A DNA stretch of 64,000 nt from Amphiscolops sp. MND2022 (GCA_964187785.1 OZ076413.1:40424001-40488000); one strand, 5' to 3'. Shown: positions 1 to 10,442, counted from the stretch's first letter. A program made the numbers and translations. Notes: generated from the letters alone by a model not told the origin.

Positions 1-780
1 CTGACTACGACGTAACAAGACACCATCCTCTTCTGTTGAACTCATGGCTCAAAAAAACTGAAAAAACTATAACACAACGAAGATGTGGCGTAAAACAATG
101 GAAATATTAATACTAGAAGTTATCTACTATATAAGGAGAGTTATTCAGTCTGCCAGCTGAACAATCCATGGAGTTGACACAAACCGTGTGAACAAATTTT
201 CCAAGCGAACCAAATCAGTTGTACTAAAAATTGACTGACGCTTAGTTTACTACTACAATGAATCATCCAAATTCAAACAGCAAAATGGACGAAGACGTCT
301 TTATTCTCGAACGAGATCAACAGCAGCAGCCCGAACAAAGAGCCGGTATACCGCCACCAGATTATAACCTAATTACCACGCGGCAAATTAACATTACTTA
401 CGAAATCATTAAAACACAGGACTACCACGTAGTCCTAGTACATGAAGAAGCGCCGGCCGATACTACGAACACAGAAAGCGAGACGGGAGCCATCAGACGA
501 TTCACGCAAGACAACCAGGTGATCCCCGAAGACACATTTGTGAGCCCGGTCAGGCAATTCGACCGTGAAAATTACGATGATCCCGACAACAACGTTGATA
601 GCCCAATAAGTTTCTACAGTAGCTAAGAAGGCTACTATTCGGGCAGCGATTGAGAGACAGACTCATCTTGGCGATCCTAGAATTCCTTAACTGACGATCT
701 CCCAACGCTATTTGAGACCCCGATTCGATCATTTTCCCAATTTCTCCTTCCCGAGGGAACTGGGTACAGAAGCCGAGGAC
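1..780 (+). mobile_element. 3' internal region of a Gypsy-like LTR retrotransposon, truncated at the window start
   Basis: Ends in GGAC directly before an LTR start TGTCACAGCCC. The same GGAC|TGTCACAGCCC junction occurs on the minus strand at 52214-52200, where it precedes a 3' LTR. Confidence 0.65.
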
Positions 781-905
781 TGTCACAGCCCCGCCTGAGC
801 TGCGAGCACTGCAACAAACACAACCCAGTCTTCGAAGAAAAATTGGGAAAAGAACAAAGAAGAAGAAATAGACAGCTGACAAACAATCAGAAACAAAGGA
901 GTTAA
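258..905 (+). pseudogene. Decayed 3' accessory ORF of the Gypsy element, reading into the LTR
   Basis: ORF 258..626 continues in the same frame through three stops to ...YRSRGLSQPRLSCEHCNKHNPVFEEKLGKEQRRR..., ending at 905. No recognisable domain. Confidence 0.4.
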
Positions 906-2671
906 ACAATATAAATTTGAAGTTAAATAAAGAAATATATGCATATTAGTATTATTATCATAATAATGTACACTTATATAAATACGTACTTACGGAATAA
1001 CGGAGCTATTCGTGCAGTTAATAATATTACAATACTATGTAATAATAATAATCGAATTGCACCGCTCAGTGAACGAACTGAGAAATGCCTGGCAGCCGGC
1101 CTCAAAAACTCGCACTAAAGCGGCGGCCTAGCAGGCAGCCTGAGAATTGTAAATTCAGCAAACTAATATACAAGTGCGCGCTATAGTGAATACATGTAAA
1201 TGAACTAATGTCTAGTGCAGTGATTTATTAACAATACGAGTGCGAATATACCAACAATTGAGATTTCTGTGCTAACTTAATAGAAAATCACGTACCGCGG
1301 CCTGGGATGCGGCCTGAGAATTACATACGATAAATCAATCACGAAAGTGAAAGATGATGATGCTATCATGTAACTTTGTCTCGAAATGAATCTAGAGATT
1401 ATTATCTATGATCCTAAACTATACCGTCGTTTAAAATATCGCATACAACGTTCTTTTACATGTAAATATTGATTAATCTATAAACAGGCCTGAACCGCAG
1501 CCTGGATCAAAGATTTAGTACCGAATATCAAGCCAAGTGTTAATAACTTGTATATCCTGTTCCCTGAATCTGTTGCCGTTTAATTGCATTAAATACCTTT
1601 CTGAACAATGTATCTGATGCTGTTTATAAATAATAGTTGCTTTACTCATTGAACAAATTTCTCCGTCCCGGACCATGGCCTGGGACCAGGTTTCGTGATC
1701 TTAACCAAAAATCAGAGCTGTAAAAGCTGTAGAAGCAATTCTACTCTTTCATTTAAAACTTAATGTGTGATTTGTGTTAAATTTCATCCAAATTGTTGCT
1801 GATTTATTTAATTTAGAGAAATATTTGTAAAGGAAAATTGGTTGTCATCATTTTTTCCCAAATTTGTGCAGTTAATCAATCTCATTCAATGACTCATTGC
1901 GCGGTTCTTTGATAGTTTTTTCAGTTCGGCGTCCTGAAAAGGCGGGAAGTTGGAGGCGAAGGGAAGCGGAGTCGCAACTCAGACCGGAAGTGGACGCGTG
2001 CTTTCTTCGGAAAGCATGAACAAGCTGAAAGCCTGAGTTCGACAAAGCGGAACTGAACTTCCTGTTTCCCTGCCTCGGATGGACGCCGGACTGAACAAAA
2101 TGTGAAGTATGTTCGTGTCTTTTCCCCGCTTTCCGGGATGGAAAGTATAAATACAATGGGAGCTAAAAGCCATTTTAGTTGAATTTTGTTCTTTTTGCGA
2201 AGCAATTATTTTCCGTTTAACAATAATTAAAAATCTTATAAACACCACGCTTTGTCACTTGAGAACTTGCTCTAATTTCCTTAAAAAGAAAATCGAGAAT
2301 CATCAAGCCAGAATAAGATGCCAGAAGGTAGCTCGAAAAGAAAAGCCAGAAGGGATCCCCTGTGAACTCTTTAGACGAACCTGAATCTTCTAGCATGAGG
2401 ACTGAAAACGCCCCTAGTCTGTCTGATAAAGATTTTACGGAATTATCTGAAAAAATAGAAAAGTCTGTAAGTAAAAGAATCAAAGACGCAGAGGTCGGAC
2501 AGCGCGAGATTCTGAAGATGATAGAGAACCTGACCTCTGAAATTGATACACTGGCAGAAAGACCGCCTAACAACGTGCGTCATGACCCCGATGACAAGGA
2601 CGCAGGAAACGCGGATTATAGATATAGAACAGTTGAACCAAGTGATTTACTCCCGAATCACGGTCAACACA
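781..2671 (+). repeat. Gypsy LTR (~1.9 kb)
   Basis: Starts TGTCACAGCCC, ends ...CAACACA and is immediately followed by a PBS (TGGTGACAGGAG). AT-rich U3-like interior. Termini match the family LTRs at 48696-50230, 50710-52210 and 60289-61697. Confidence 0.75.
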
Positions 2672-3501
2672 TGGTGACAGGAGTTACCACAACCCATGAC
2701 ATACCCACCCGATCATCAAGTCTACCCCCGCCCAACATGAGATATCCAGACGATATCGTGGACAAATTGCTCAAATCCCTGAAGAATGCCACACAACAGA
2801 GCGCGGGACTGCCCAGACTCCCGAAGGCACTCTCAACAACCATGCCCACATTCGATGGCCGCAATGACAAATTCGAGCACTTCGAGGACCTGTTTATGAC
2901 GAGCCTCAAAGTATATCCAAATATCTCAGAGGAAGAGCGAATTCACTACCTCCACTCCCTCCTGAGAGGCGATGCCCTACAGACGTATCGCAATATGACA
3001 GACCCAAACCGCGCCAGTTTAGACGACATCATTACCACATTCCGAAGACGATACGTTCGCCCACAATCTATAGCCACCGCAAGATGTAAGTGGGAACAGC
3101 TTTACTTCGACCCAACTCGCCAAACCTTCCAAGACTTCCTGGAGCATTACCAGAAATTGGCACAAGAAGCATATGGCGATGACGCTCCAAAGTTCATAGA
3201 AACCTCATTCTATGCAAAAATGCCAGCGCACTTAAAACGAGTCCTTAACCAGGCAAGACTAGAGACAGAGTCGTACGAACTGATGGTCCAACACCTGGAA
3301 AGTGAAATGGAGTTAAACGGACTCCTGGCCCCAAGCGAAACCAACATAACAGGAGTACACCAAATCGATGTACAAGATGCCCCACAACAAACCGCCAATC
3401 CACCCAAACCAGTAGGCCCGTGTTTCGGACGTGGCAACCCAGGCCATGTAAGAAAGAACTGCCGGAAAACTGCAACATCCCAGACCGGGAGCGGGCTGTG
3501 A
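2362..3501 (+). CDS. gag: Retrotransposon Gag-like protein, probably inactivated
   Basis: 379-aa open frame with a capsid-like core (MPTFDGRNDKFEHFEDLF...EEERIHYLHSLLRGDALQ) and a degenerate CCHC knuckle (CFGRGNPGHVRKNC). The likely true ATG is at 2318 (MPEGSSKRKARRD), separated by a frameshift near 2360. No pol follows. Confidence 0.8.
   Translation: MNSLDEPESSSMRTENAPSLSDKDFTELSEKIEKSVSKRIKDAEVGQREILKMIENLTSEIDTLAERPPNNVRHDPDDKDAGNADYRYRTVEPSDLLPNHGQHMVTGVTTTHDIPTRSSSLPPPNMRYPDDIVDKLLKSLKNATQQSAGLPRLPKALSTTMPTFDGRNDKFEHFEDLFMTSLKVYPNISEEERIHYLHSLLRGDALQTYRNMTDPNRASLDDIITTFRRRYVRPQSIATARCKWEQLYFDPTRQTFQDFLEHYQKLAQEAYGDDAPKFIETSFYAKMPAHLKRVLNQARLETESYELMVQHLESEMELNGLLAPSETNITGVHQIDVQDAPQQTANPPKPVGPCFGRGNPGHVRKNCRKTATSQTGSGL
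2672..2684 (+). promoter_or_regulatory. Primer binding site, tRNA-Leu-like
   Basis: TGGTGACAGGAGT abuts the LTR end and is one mismatch from the vertebrate Leu-CAG-type PBS TGGTGTCAGGAGT. A sister PBS TGGTGACAAGAG lies at 60288-60277 (-). Confidence 0.7.
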
Positions 3502-3503
3502 CA
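3470..3503 (-). repeat. Short inverted fragment of a family LTR 5' end
   Basis: The reverse complement reads TGTCACAGCCCGC...CTGGGA...TGCAG, resembling the LTR start at 781. It truncates gag. Confidence 0.55.
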
Positions 3504-3519
3504 AGAACAACAGTAATTC

Positions 3520-4800
3520 GAACACCTGATACAGACAGTGTTTTACGAGTATAACAAGTTGATGTTACCCAAACAATAACGAAGTATCTGTTGGGTGTAC
3601 CAAACCATTACAAATCTCAAATAGTTTGAGTTGTTGGTTAACACTTCAGATTGTAGATCGATTAAGTGCTTGAATTCTTTTATCTTTTGAATTGAGTTTT
3701 GGAAATCACAATACTTTCATTTTCAAATCCAGTTTTGATTCGAAATTGAGACCAGGATACAGACTTGAAGAGTTCATTTCTTTTTAGTTTCAGTGCGTGT
3801 TTCAAATCGATTAGGTCGGTGTCTTCTTTCAAAAAAAATTAAATATCTTTTCTCTTTGAATATTCCAATTCACATAGGTAATAAACCCCTTGTGATGTGT
3901 TCATTTCTTCAAGTTAGTATTCGAATAGGTCTTCATCTATCAGTAGCGCGTAAAGTTCAAACACTTCATCTCTACTTGGAAATGTAACAAATAGACACTT
4001 GTACAACAACTGCACAATGTTTCTAGGTTCTCTGCTTTCCAAAGTTAGTTTTGGATTTTTTAACTTGTGGTGTGCTTCTTCATTCAGGAGTACGCTTTGA
4101 TTTGCCTTGTCCTTCAATGCTATATTTCCGTTTGTAAAATGCGATGTGGCGACTTTCACTTTTGGTTGTACTGTTGCCCTCTTTGACTGCCAGTACCATT
4201 GGCAGTTTTTATTCTGTCCCTTCGATGATCTCGCAGAGCAGTTCGGAATGATATGGCCAGTTTGACGGACGGTTTCTAATCACTTGCTCGCATTGTTCTC
4301 CGTGCGTTGATTGTCCTGTATTCACTGGTTTTGACACTGACGTTTACCGGTCTACTGATAGCATGTTAGTGGACTGAGTCACGTTTTCAGACTCTTCTGT
4401 TTTGGCTACCCATACTGAGACCATTGTCGAACTGTCATCTTGTCATCAAACTGGTGATGTACTTCGAAGGCTAGAACTGCAAGTGCTCGAAATTTTCGCC
4501 ATTTCTGTTTTCTTTTCAGCAATTCCCGTTTCGCAGGCAAGCTCTTCTTGCAAGTCAGCTAGTTTCTTTTGCCTTGCTTCAAGTTCCAGCTTCTCCAGAC
4601 AAGTTTGCAGTTCTTCTTACTCTCTCAAAACTCAGTTCTGAGCTTTTAGCTCCAAATGCAGAAGTCGACATGCACTTGCTACTTAAGAGAACACAGAGGT
4701 TTTGTTGCTTTCCGTTTTTCTTCTTTAGGGAGGCAAAAAAGCTCCCGCGTCTCATGACTTCAGGAGAGCTTCAGTTTTCATTTTGATGTCAGACTTTTTC
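3520..4800 (-). pseudogene. Highly decayed coiled-coil/Ser-rich ORF, possibly a BEL/Pao-type gag N-terminus
   Basis: Minus-strand fragments such as LEKLELEARQKKLADLQEELACETGIAEKKTEMAKISSTCSSSLRSTSP. Many stops and no diagnostic motif. Confidence 0.3.
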
Positions 4801-5880
4801 CGCGGAGCTAACGCTGTTGTGAACAACTGCTATTCAGTTTTGACTTTCAACAAGATAAATTTTCAAAATCTTCAGAAGTTTGATACTTGAGTGATCATAG
4901 GATAGGAAAATTTAACAAGTGTGACGAGATATCAATTGCCTAATGTGATGAAATTTTGTAAATATCAGCAGATAACTTGACGACGTGGCAACGTCGAATA
5001 ACTTAAATCTCTTAGGCAGCTTTTAACAACATTCCTGCAACATTAAATATTGTACAAAATTGAATAATCGGTTATTAACAAGATTGTATGGATAGATGAA
5101 CTGGTTAAGAACAGTTTTGACAGAAAAACGTCATCATTATGTCATCTCTACAAAACAATATATAATATAGCACAAAACACAATTAACAACAATTGACGAC
5201 GTGTTGACGTCGCGCATCATAGAAAAGTGTATAAAATAATTACACAAAGCGAAATATTATTCAAATATCCCTAGGGGACGTTTCCAACTTTGACCAGACG
5301 CACAATCCAGGGTGGATACTTACATTAAATGACTGGAGTTCAATATGAAATGTCATGACACGTTTCCATGAATTGCCCTTCAAATTCACTTTGCGGTAAT
5401 CAGCACAATTATCAACCGTGACTTTCTCATTCATCAAAAGATCCTTCTCAAAAATAAACCTTTATTTCAGAAAAATTCTTCTGTAGTCAACGCCAGCGAG
5501 ACAGAAAAACGTGATTCCTCTATATTTTGATCACTAAACGACCTAAATTTGGAGTGAACACTAGGTAGGTGCCATATTTGTGACGTAACGACGACCAAAA
5601 TTAAAAATTTCTAGTTGCGGTTTGACGGGACTGTGACGTCACACATATAGTAACCGCTGTGTAGGCGCCACTATAATTGTTTACTTATCGACCTTTCATC
5701 GTCCTATATTGAACTAATTGCCCTTTTAAACTGCAAATAAGCTGCCATGTCCACAAAGGCGTATTGCTTCATCGTCTTCTCTTTGATGTAATTTTTACTT
5801 TAGATTTGACTGTGATCAATTCCAAAATGTATATTAGGTATTCAGGTGGAATCATGATCTTATTTTCTTTGTAGCTTGAA

Positions 5881-6087
5881 CGTTCTGGCGGAAAAGCTTC
5901 GTTGAAAATTATTGATGATCCATTTCCCTATTTTGCACATCAAAATCGAATGATGATTTCACCCCGCATTTTCAGTAGTCAGTGTTTTTGGAACTTTCAG
6001 GAAGTAAAGTTAGTAATTCAAATATAGTTTCTTTTACAAAGAACTAAGCTGGTACGAAATCTAAGAACAGAGATTTATTGCTGTACA
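5881..6087 (+). repeat. BEL/Pao 5' LTR
   Basis: Direct repeat of 8441-8634 (shared GGAACTTTCAGGAAGT, TTCAAATATAGTTTC, CAAAGAACTAAGCTGGTAC). Starts CGTT instead of TGTT. Confidence 0.75.
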
Positions 6088-6090
6088 AAT

Positions 6091-6104
6091 TGGTCCGCTA
6101 GGAC
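6091..6104 (+). promoter_or_regulatory. PBS, probably tRNA-Tyr type
   Basis: TGGTCCGCTAGGAC lies 3 nt after the LTR. The implied primer has C1:G72 and A73, the eukaryotic tRNA-Tyr identity set. Confidence 0.5.
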
Positions 6105-7223
6105 AAACTGAACCATGGAAGCATTGGAAACTAAGGGAGCGGACACTCTGCAATTCCTAGTTTCACGCAAAAAACTGTTAGTTTGTTCTAACATTTTGAT
6201 GCTACACATCGTGGAAGCAAGTTGTCTCACTCGCGCCTTTGGTCAGTTAAACAAAGAACGAAAACCGTCCCTTACCAGTAAAATTACTGCAATTACCTCT
6301 TTGTCCTTGAACCCAAACGTCAATTTTCACTTGAAATCCTTGCAATGTTTATTGAATAGTGGCTCGTTAAGAAGCAGAAACAATCCTGTTTTGTGGCATG
6401 ATATTAAAACAACTCCTTGACAAAATACAAATCGAACGGGTATAAAGATCTACACCCAAAAGCTGTGGTGGAAATAATTGAAAGCTATAGAAGTCGTATC
6501 TTTGTAGTTCTTTACTGTCATAGAGCAGGAGCCTCCAATATTTGTAGCACAGTGCGGGAAATTGGCATCCCCTTTACTAAATTTACAAAAAATTTTATCT
6601 CAACGAAAAAGCAACAGAGTGTTTCGCTTTTATTGGAAGACAGTAAAATTCATCCCCATTCTTTTCTTGAGTTGAAGTCTTTGTCTATTGTCCTGCAATA
6701 TAGTCGTAATTTGCCAGCTTTATTCACAAATACTCGACGCAATAACAGGAAGCTATTCCAGCGTAAAAGACGCTTGCTGAAAAAGAGAAACTGTTTACAA
6801 AGTGTAAGCTAAATACGACGACAGCGGTTAGTTTCTTGGTGGTACAGTGTGGTCACTAGACATTAATTTGTTACTGTCCTATCTGCTTCCGCCAAACAAA
6901 CAATTAAATTATCCAATCGATCACTATTTTTCATTGAGAATCTCTACAGCAACAGAGCTGCCTTCACGCGCTTGGAACGAAAATTAGATGACTGACTTCT
7001 TGGGATAAGTCATCAGATATTCATCGTTGGAATCGTAAAATAAAATTAATAATTGAAGATGAAAACGAACTCCTAGCTGAAATAGAGACGACTAATAATT
7101 TTGATCACAACGCTAGCATCACGGTAGCTAGAATATCAGCTCTAATTAGCAATTATCACAAGTCCTTTGGAAGTATGAATAATTCTCCTCGTTGGAGGAC
7201 GCTTAGCTAATAGAACCTCAACG

Positions 7224-8400
7224 ATGAAGCGAACTGTCAACGTCTTGTCTCGCAACAAATCGCAACAAAGCAATTTAGCCAGCCTTATTATCCTTAACTC
7301 TCACAATGCTACATTGTACGCTGGACCAAATCATATTTTGGCTCTTGTCAGAACAAAATACTGGCTTCCCAATTGTGGAATCTTCATACGAAAACTTGTC
7401 AAAAAGTGTGTTTCATGCTGTCGTTTTCAAACCAGAGCCATTAATCCTTTACTGGATGAGTTGCTGAAAGAAAGAATAGATATGCAAACTTGAGCTTTCC
7501 GAGATGTTCGTGTTGACTTCGGAGGTCTATTTTTGTGTAAAACAGATGGCTCGAAGGAGGCTAAAGTTTATATGTCACTTTTCATTTGTTTTGCCAGCCG
7601 TGCTGTGCACTTGGAGTTAGTGTCCCACTTGAGTTCGCAAGCCTTTATTGCTGCATTACGAAGATTTGATTCAGGCTGAGGCTGTCCTATTAGGATATTT
7701 AGCGATAACGGAACAATTTTCACTGGAGCGCAAGCAGAGCTGAAAGAACTTCAAAAGCTACTAGTAGCCAATCATAGCGTTTCTATGCAGGCTTCTTAGC
7801 AGGATTGTCAGTTGTTTGGACATTTCTTCCTCCCAGGGCTCTTATTTTGGTGGCTTGTGGGGAGCAGCCAAAAAAACCTAAAAAGCGACGCGACGTGTCA
7901 TGGGTTAAAGTGTCTTAAATTATGAAGAACTCTAGACGTTTTTCTGTCAGATTGAATTGGTCTTGAACTCTCGCCCCATTAGTTTTGTGAGTGATGATCC
8001 TAAAGATGAATTACCACTCACTCCAGCAGATTTATGTATGGGCGCGAAGCTGGAAGCTTTGCCATCAATAGTAGAAGTTGGCCAAGATGCAATCTCAGTT
8101 TCACATTGCAACTCTTAAAAAATACGTTTGTATCCAAGCAGAATTGATACATTTCTGGAAACGATGGAGTAAAGAGTACGTCGCCAGTTCCTCGAAAGAA
8201 GTAAATGGAGAAATGAAGTCCCAAACCTAAAGATCTAGTGTACATAACTGATGATAATGTTCCACCTTTGCAATGGCCATAAGGACGTTTCAAGCAACTT
8301 TACGGTGGGCGAGATTCCATTGTGAGGGTTGTTAAAGTAAAGACAGGGAGTGGAGAATTTAACCGAGCCGTTCATAAATTCCACCTTTCATCTACTGACT
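7224..8400 (+). pseudogene. BEL/Pao integrase with C-terminal DUF5641-like tail, disrupted
   Basis: KYWLPN...KKCVSC, VDFGG, RAVHLELV, IFSDNGT, GGLWG (catalytic E lost), LNSRP and GRF...VRVVKVKTGSG motifs, with multiple stops and frameshifts. Confidence 0.9.
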
Positions 8401-8440
8401 TGAAATTAGATTGATTTGCGTAGAGGAAAGGCGAGCGATA

Positions 8441-8634
8441 TGTTCAATGCTTGAAAATTTTTGATGATTCATTTCCTCATTTTGCACATGAAATATCTAA
8501 TGGTGATTTTAACCCTCATTTTAATTAGTCATTGTTGTTGGAACTTTCAGGAAGTGAGGTTTATGATTCAAATATAGTTTCTTTCACAAAGAACTAAGCT
8601 GGTACAGATCTGTGAACAGAGATTTAATGCTGCA
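8441..8634 (+). repeat. BEL/Pao 3' LTR
   Basis: Starts TGTT after the PPT and is homologous to 5881-6087. Confidence 0.8.
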
Positions 8635-9670
8635 AAGGCTTGAAATCTTTTCAAGGTGTTGGTTTTGTGAGCTGTTTTCACTTTAGATATTGGATGTTTT
8701 CAGACCTAGTCACGTTTTTTTAGTTGAATTGTTTGAAATCACTAGTTTTGAGACATATCCATGTCCCCTCCCGATTGTCACCCTCTGGCAGCCGCAATCC
8801 AGGCAAGGAGCGGATTGTGACAGTGTCTTCCAACGATCCAGTTGATGGAAATCCAGCCTTTTTCTGAAAGTCTCAATAGAACCTCTCCTGAGTTATAGCT
8901 TAAAACACCTTCCATGACACTTTCAGACGTGGATCACCACCAGTTTGTTTTTTTTTGCAGTTTTTGGCAATTTGGCTGAAATATTTTGTGTGAACAAGTC
9001 CGCCTTTTACTTGACGGCATTTTGCGTTCCTCTCAATTCAAACCAGCTGGTCAATTAAGGTCAAGTTATATCCCTCCTCTATCCAAATATAGCATTGTCA
9101 GAAATTGTCTGTTATGGCAGCTGACACTGGAATAGTGTTAATAATTATTTTTGATACTAATTGCAGCTGATTTTTTTACAACTGGCAATTCGGCTTGACA
9201 CTGCGTCAGTAAAGTTTCAGACGTTATCATCTAGTACTTCAGTTTTGTGGGAAACTCAATAACTTCCAGCAGATCAATTTCTCTGAGTCACTTTGATTTA
9301 GTCCTTGAAAATTCAAAATTATCAAGAACTTTTTGGTTTAAACGGAGCAACTTTTTGGATAGTTTTACTGGCAAAAGTTTATGTCTTTGTCGAGATTGTT
9401 CATATACATTTAATGAGCATAAGTAGAAAGCGATGAAACCAAATATACAGAAAACATTTCTTGCGACGGCCAACGATACAATGTTACCGAAACTCAAGAA
9501 ACTTGGCTTGGTTTGAAACTGGCTTTTTCAAAGCTTCGATGATCTCGGTATTTGGTAACTCTTTCAATAGCCATCGTTGTGAAAAATTATGAATTACGTA
9601 CAACTGACAACCATTAAAGTATTGATGTATTAGTTTTTGTTAGAGCACACTGTAAAGTATTTCCAAAATT

Positions 9671-10387
9671 ATGAGTTTAGCCTTCCGAAATCTGCTCGTA
9701 AGCACAATTGGAGATGATTGTCAATCTGTAGCTTGCAGATTTTGCTTACCACTGTGGCTTTTCCGGGACCTCCAAGAAAAGTATGGAGAGAAAAATCCTA
9801 AAGTAATAAAAGGAGATTCAGAGTCCAACAATTTAATCAACAAGTACCTCTCAGCTTTACCTGAAAGCTGTCGGACAAGCCCAGGAATATTTTTGCCCCT
9901 ATGGCAAGCAGCAGATGTCCACAAACTGCTCATATTTCAAGCGGATACAACTGAAAACTCACCTCAGAATGTACAAAACTGTCTAGCTGCCGAAGACTGG
10001 AACTCGACAAAATTTGACGTTCTTTATCTGAATGGAAGTAGCGTAGCAATCATGCAAGTAGTTGACGGCAGCTTATCAGCTAGTGGAATGACCCGCATTA
10101 TTATCAACAACGCGTTCAACCGTATGAAACGAGACTTAATTGTTGTACGAGAACTTTTGAAATTACACCAATGTGAGATGTCAAAAACGGTTTACGTTTT
10201 CTTTTTCGCTGCTGAAAATATTAAAGATGTCGTCTTGGAAGCAAGCAGTTTGGAGAACAATTGGATAGAACAAGTATTCGAAAATACAAGGTTTCAAACT
10301 TTTTATGTTGACCTTTTAAAACAGTACCAAAATGTGTTCTTATTTGCATGCAAAAACCAAACCATTGGTGCAAAAAATATGATCTAA
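9671..10387 (+). CDS. Uncharacterised 238-aa ORF with weak resemblance to a NERD/PD-(D/E)XK-like domain
   Basis: ATG-to-TAA open frame with globular-protein composition in a region where all other ORFs are broken. Contains the motif KFDVLYLNGSSVAIMQV...NAFNRMKRDLIVVRELL. Confidence 0.45.
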   Translation: MSLAFRNLLVSTIGDDCQSVACRFCLPLWLFRDLQEKYGEKNPKVIKGDSESNNLINKYLSALPESCRTSPGIFLPLWQAADVHKLLIFQADTTENSPQNVQNCLAAEDWNSTKFDVLYLNGSSVAIMQVVDGSLSASGMTRIIINNAFNRMKRDLIVVRELLKLHQCEMSKTVYVFFFAAENIKDVVLEASSLENNWIEQVFENTRFQTFYVDLLKQYQNVFLFACKNQTIGAKNMI

Positions 10388-10442
10388 AAACTGGTTTAAT
10401 TTCTCTTCAGTTTTTGGTCAGATGGTTTCCAGCAAAACGGTA

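Larger units (their letters stand above)
5881..8634 (+). mobile_element. Internally deleted BEL/Pao LTR retrotransposon
   Basis: Two diverged ~200-bp LTRs, a PBS after the first and a purine-rich tract (AGAGGAAAGGCGAG) before the second. Contains a gag N-terminal remnant and a BEL-type integrase; no protease or RT motifs seen. Confidence 0.85.

Noticed and set aside
2672-2684. tRNA gene
   Set aside because: Only a 12-13-nt complement of a tRNA 3' end (PBS). No cloverleaf here, and no tRNA or rRNA gene was recognised in the window.
781-3503. DNA transposon with TIRs TGTCACAGCCC
   Set aside because: No TSD (GAGGAC vs AGAAC). The left end is a normal internal/LTR junction and the motif is the family LTR start.
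1872-3525. Minus-strand ORFs over the LTR and gag
   Set aside because: Antisense shadows of gag and of the GC-richer LTR segment.
5300-5440. Possible minus-strand exon (FEKDLLMNEK...ELQSFN followed by GTAAGT)
   Set aside because: Short, with an upstream in-frame stop, no clear acceptor and no partner exons.
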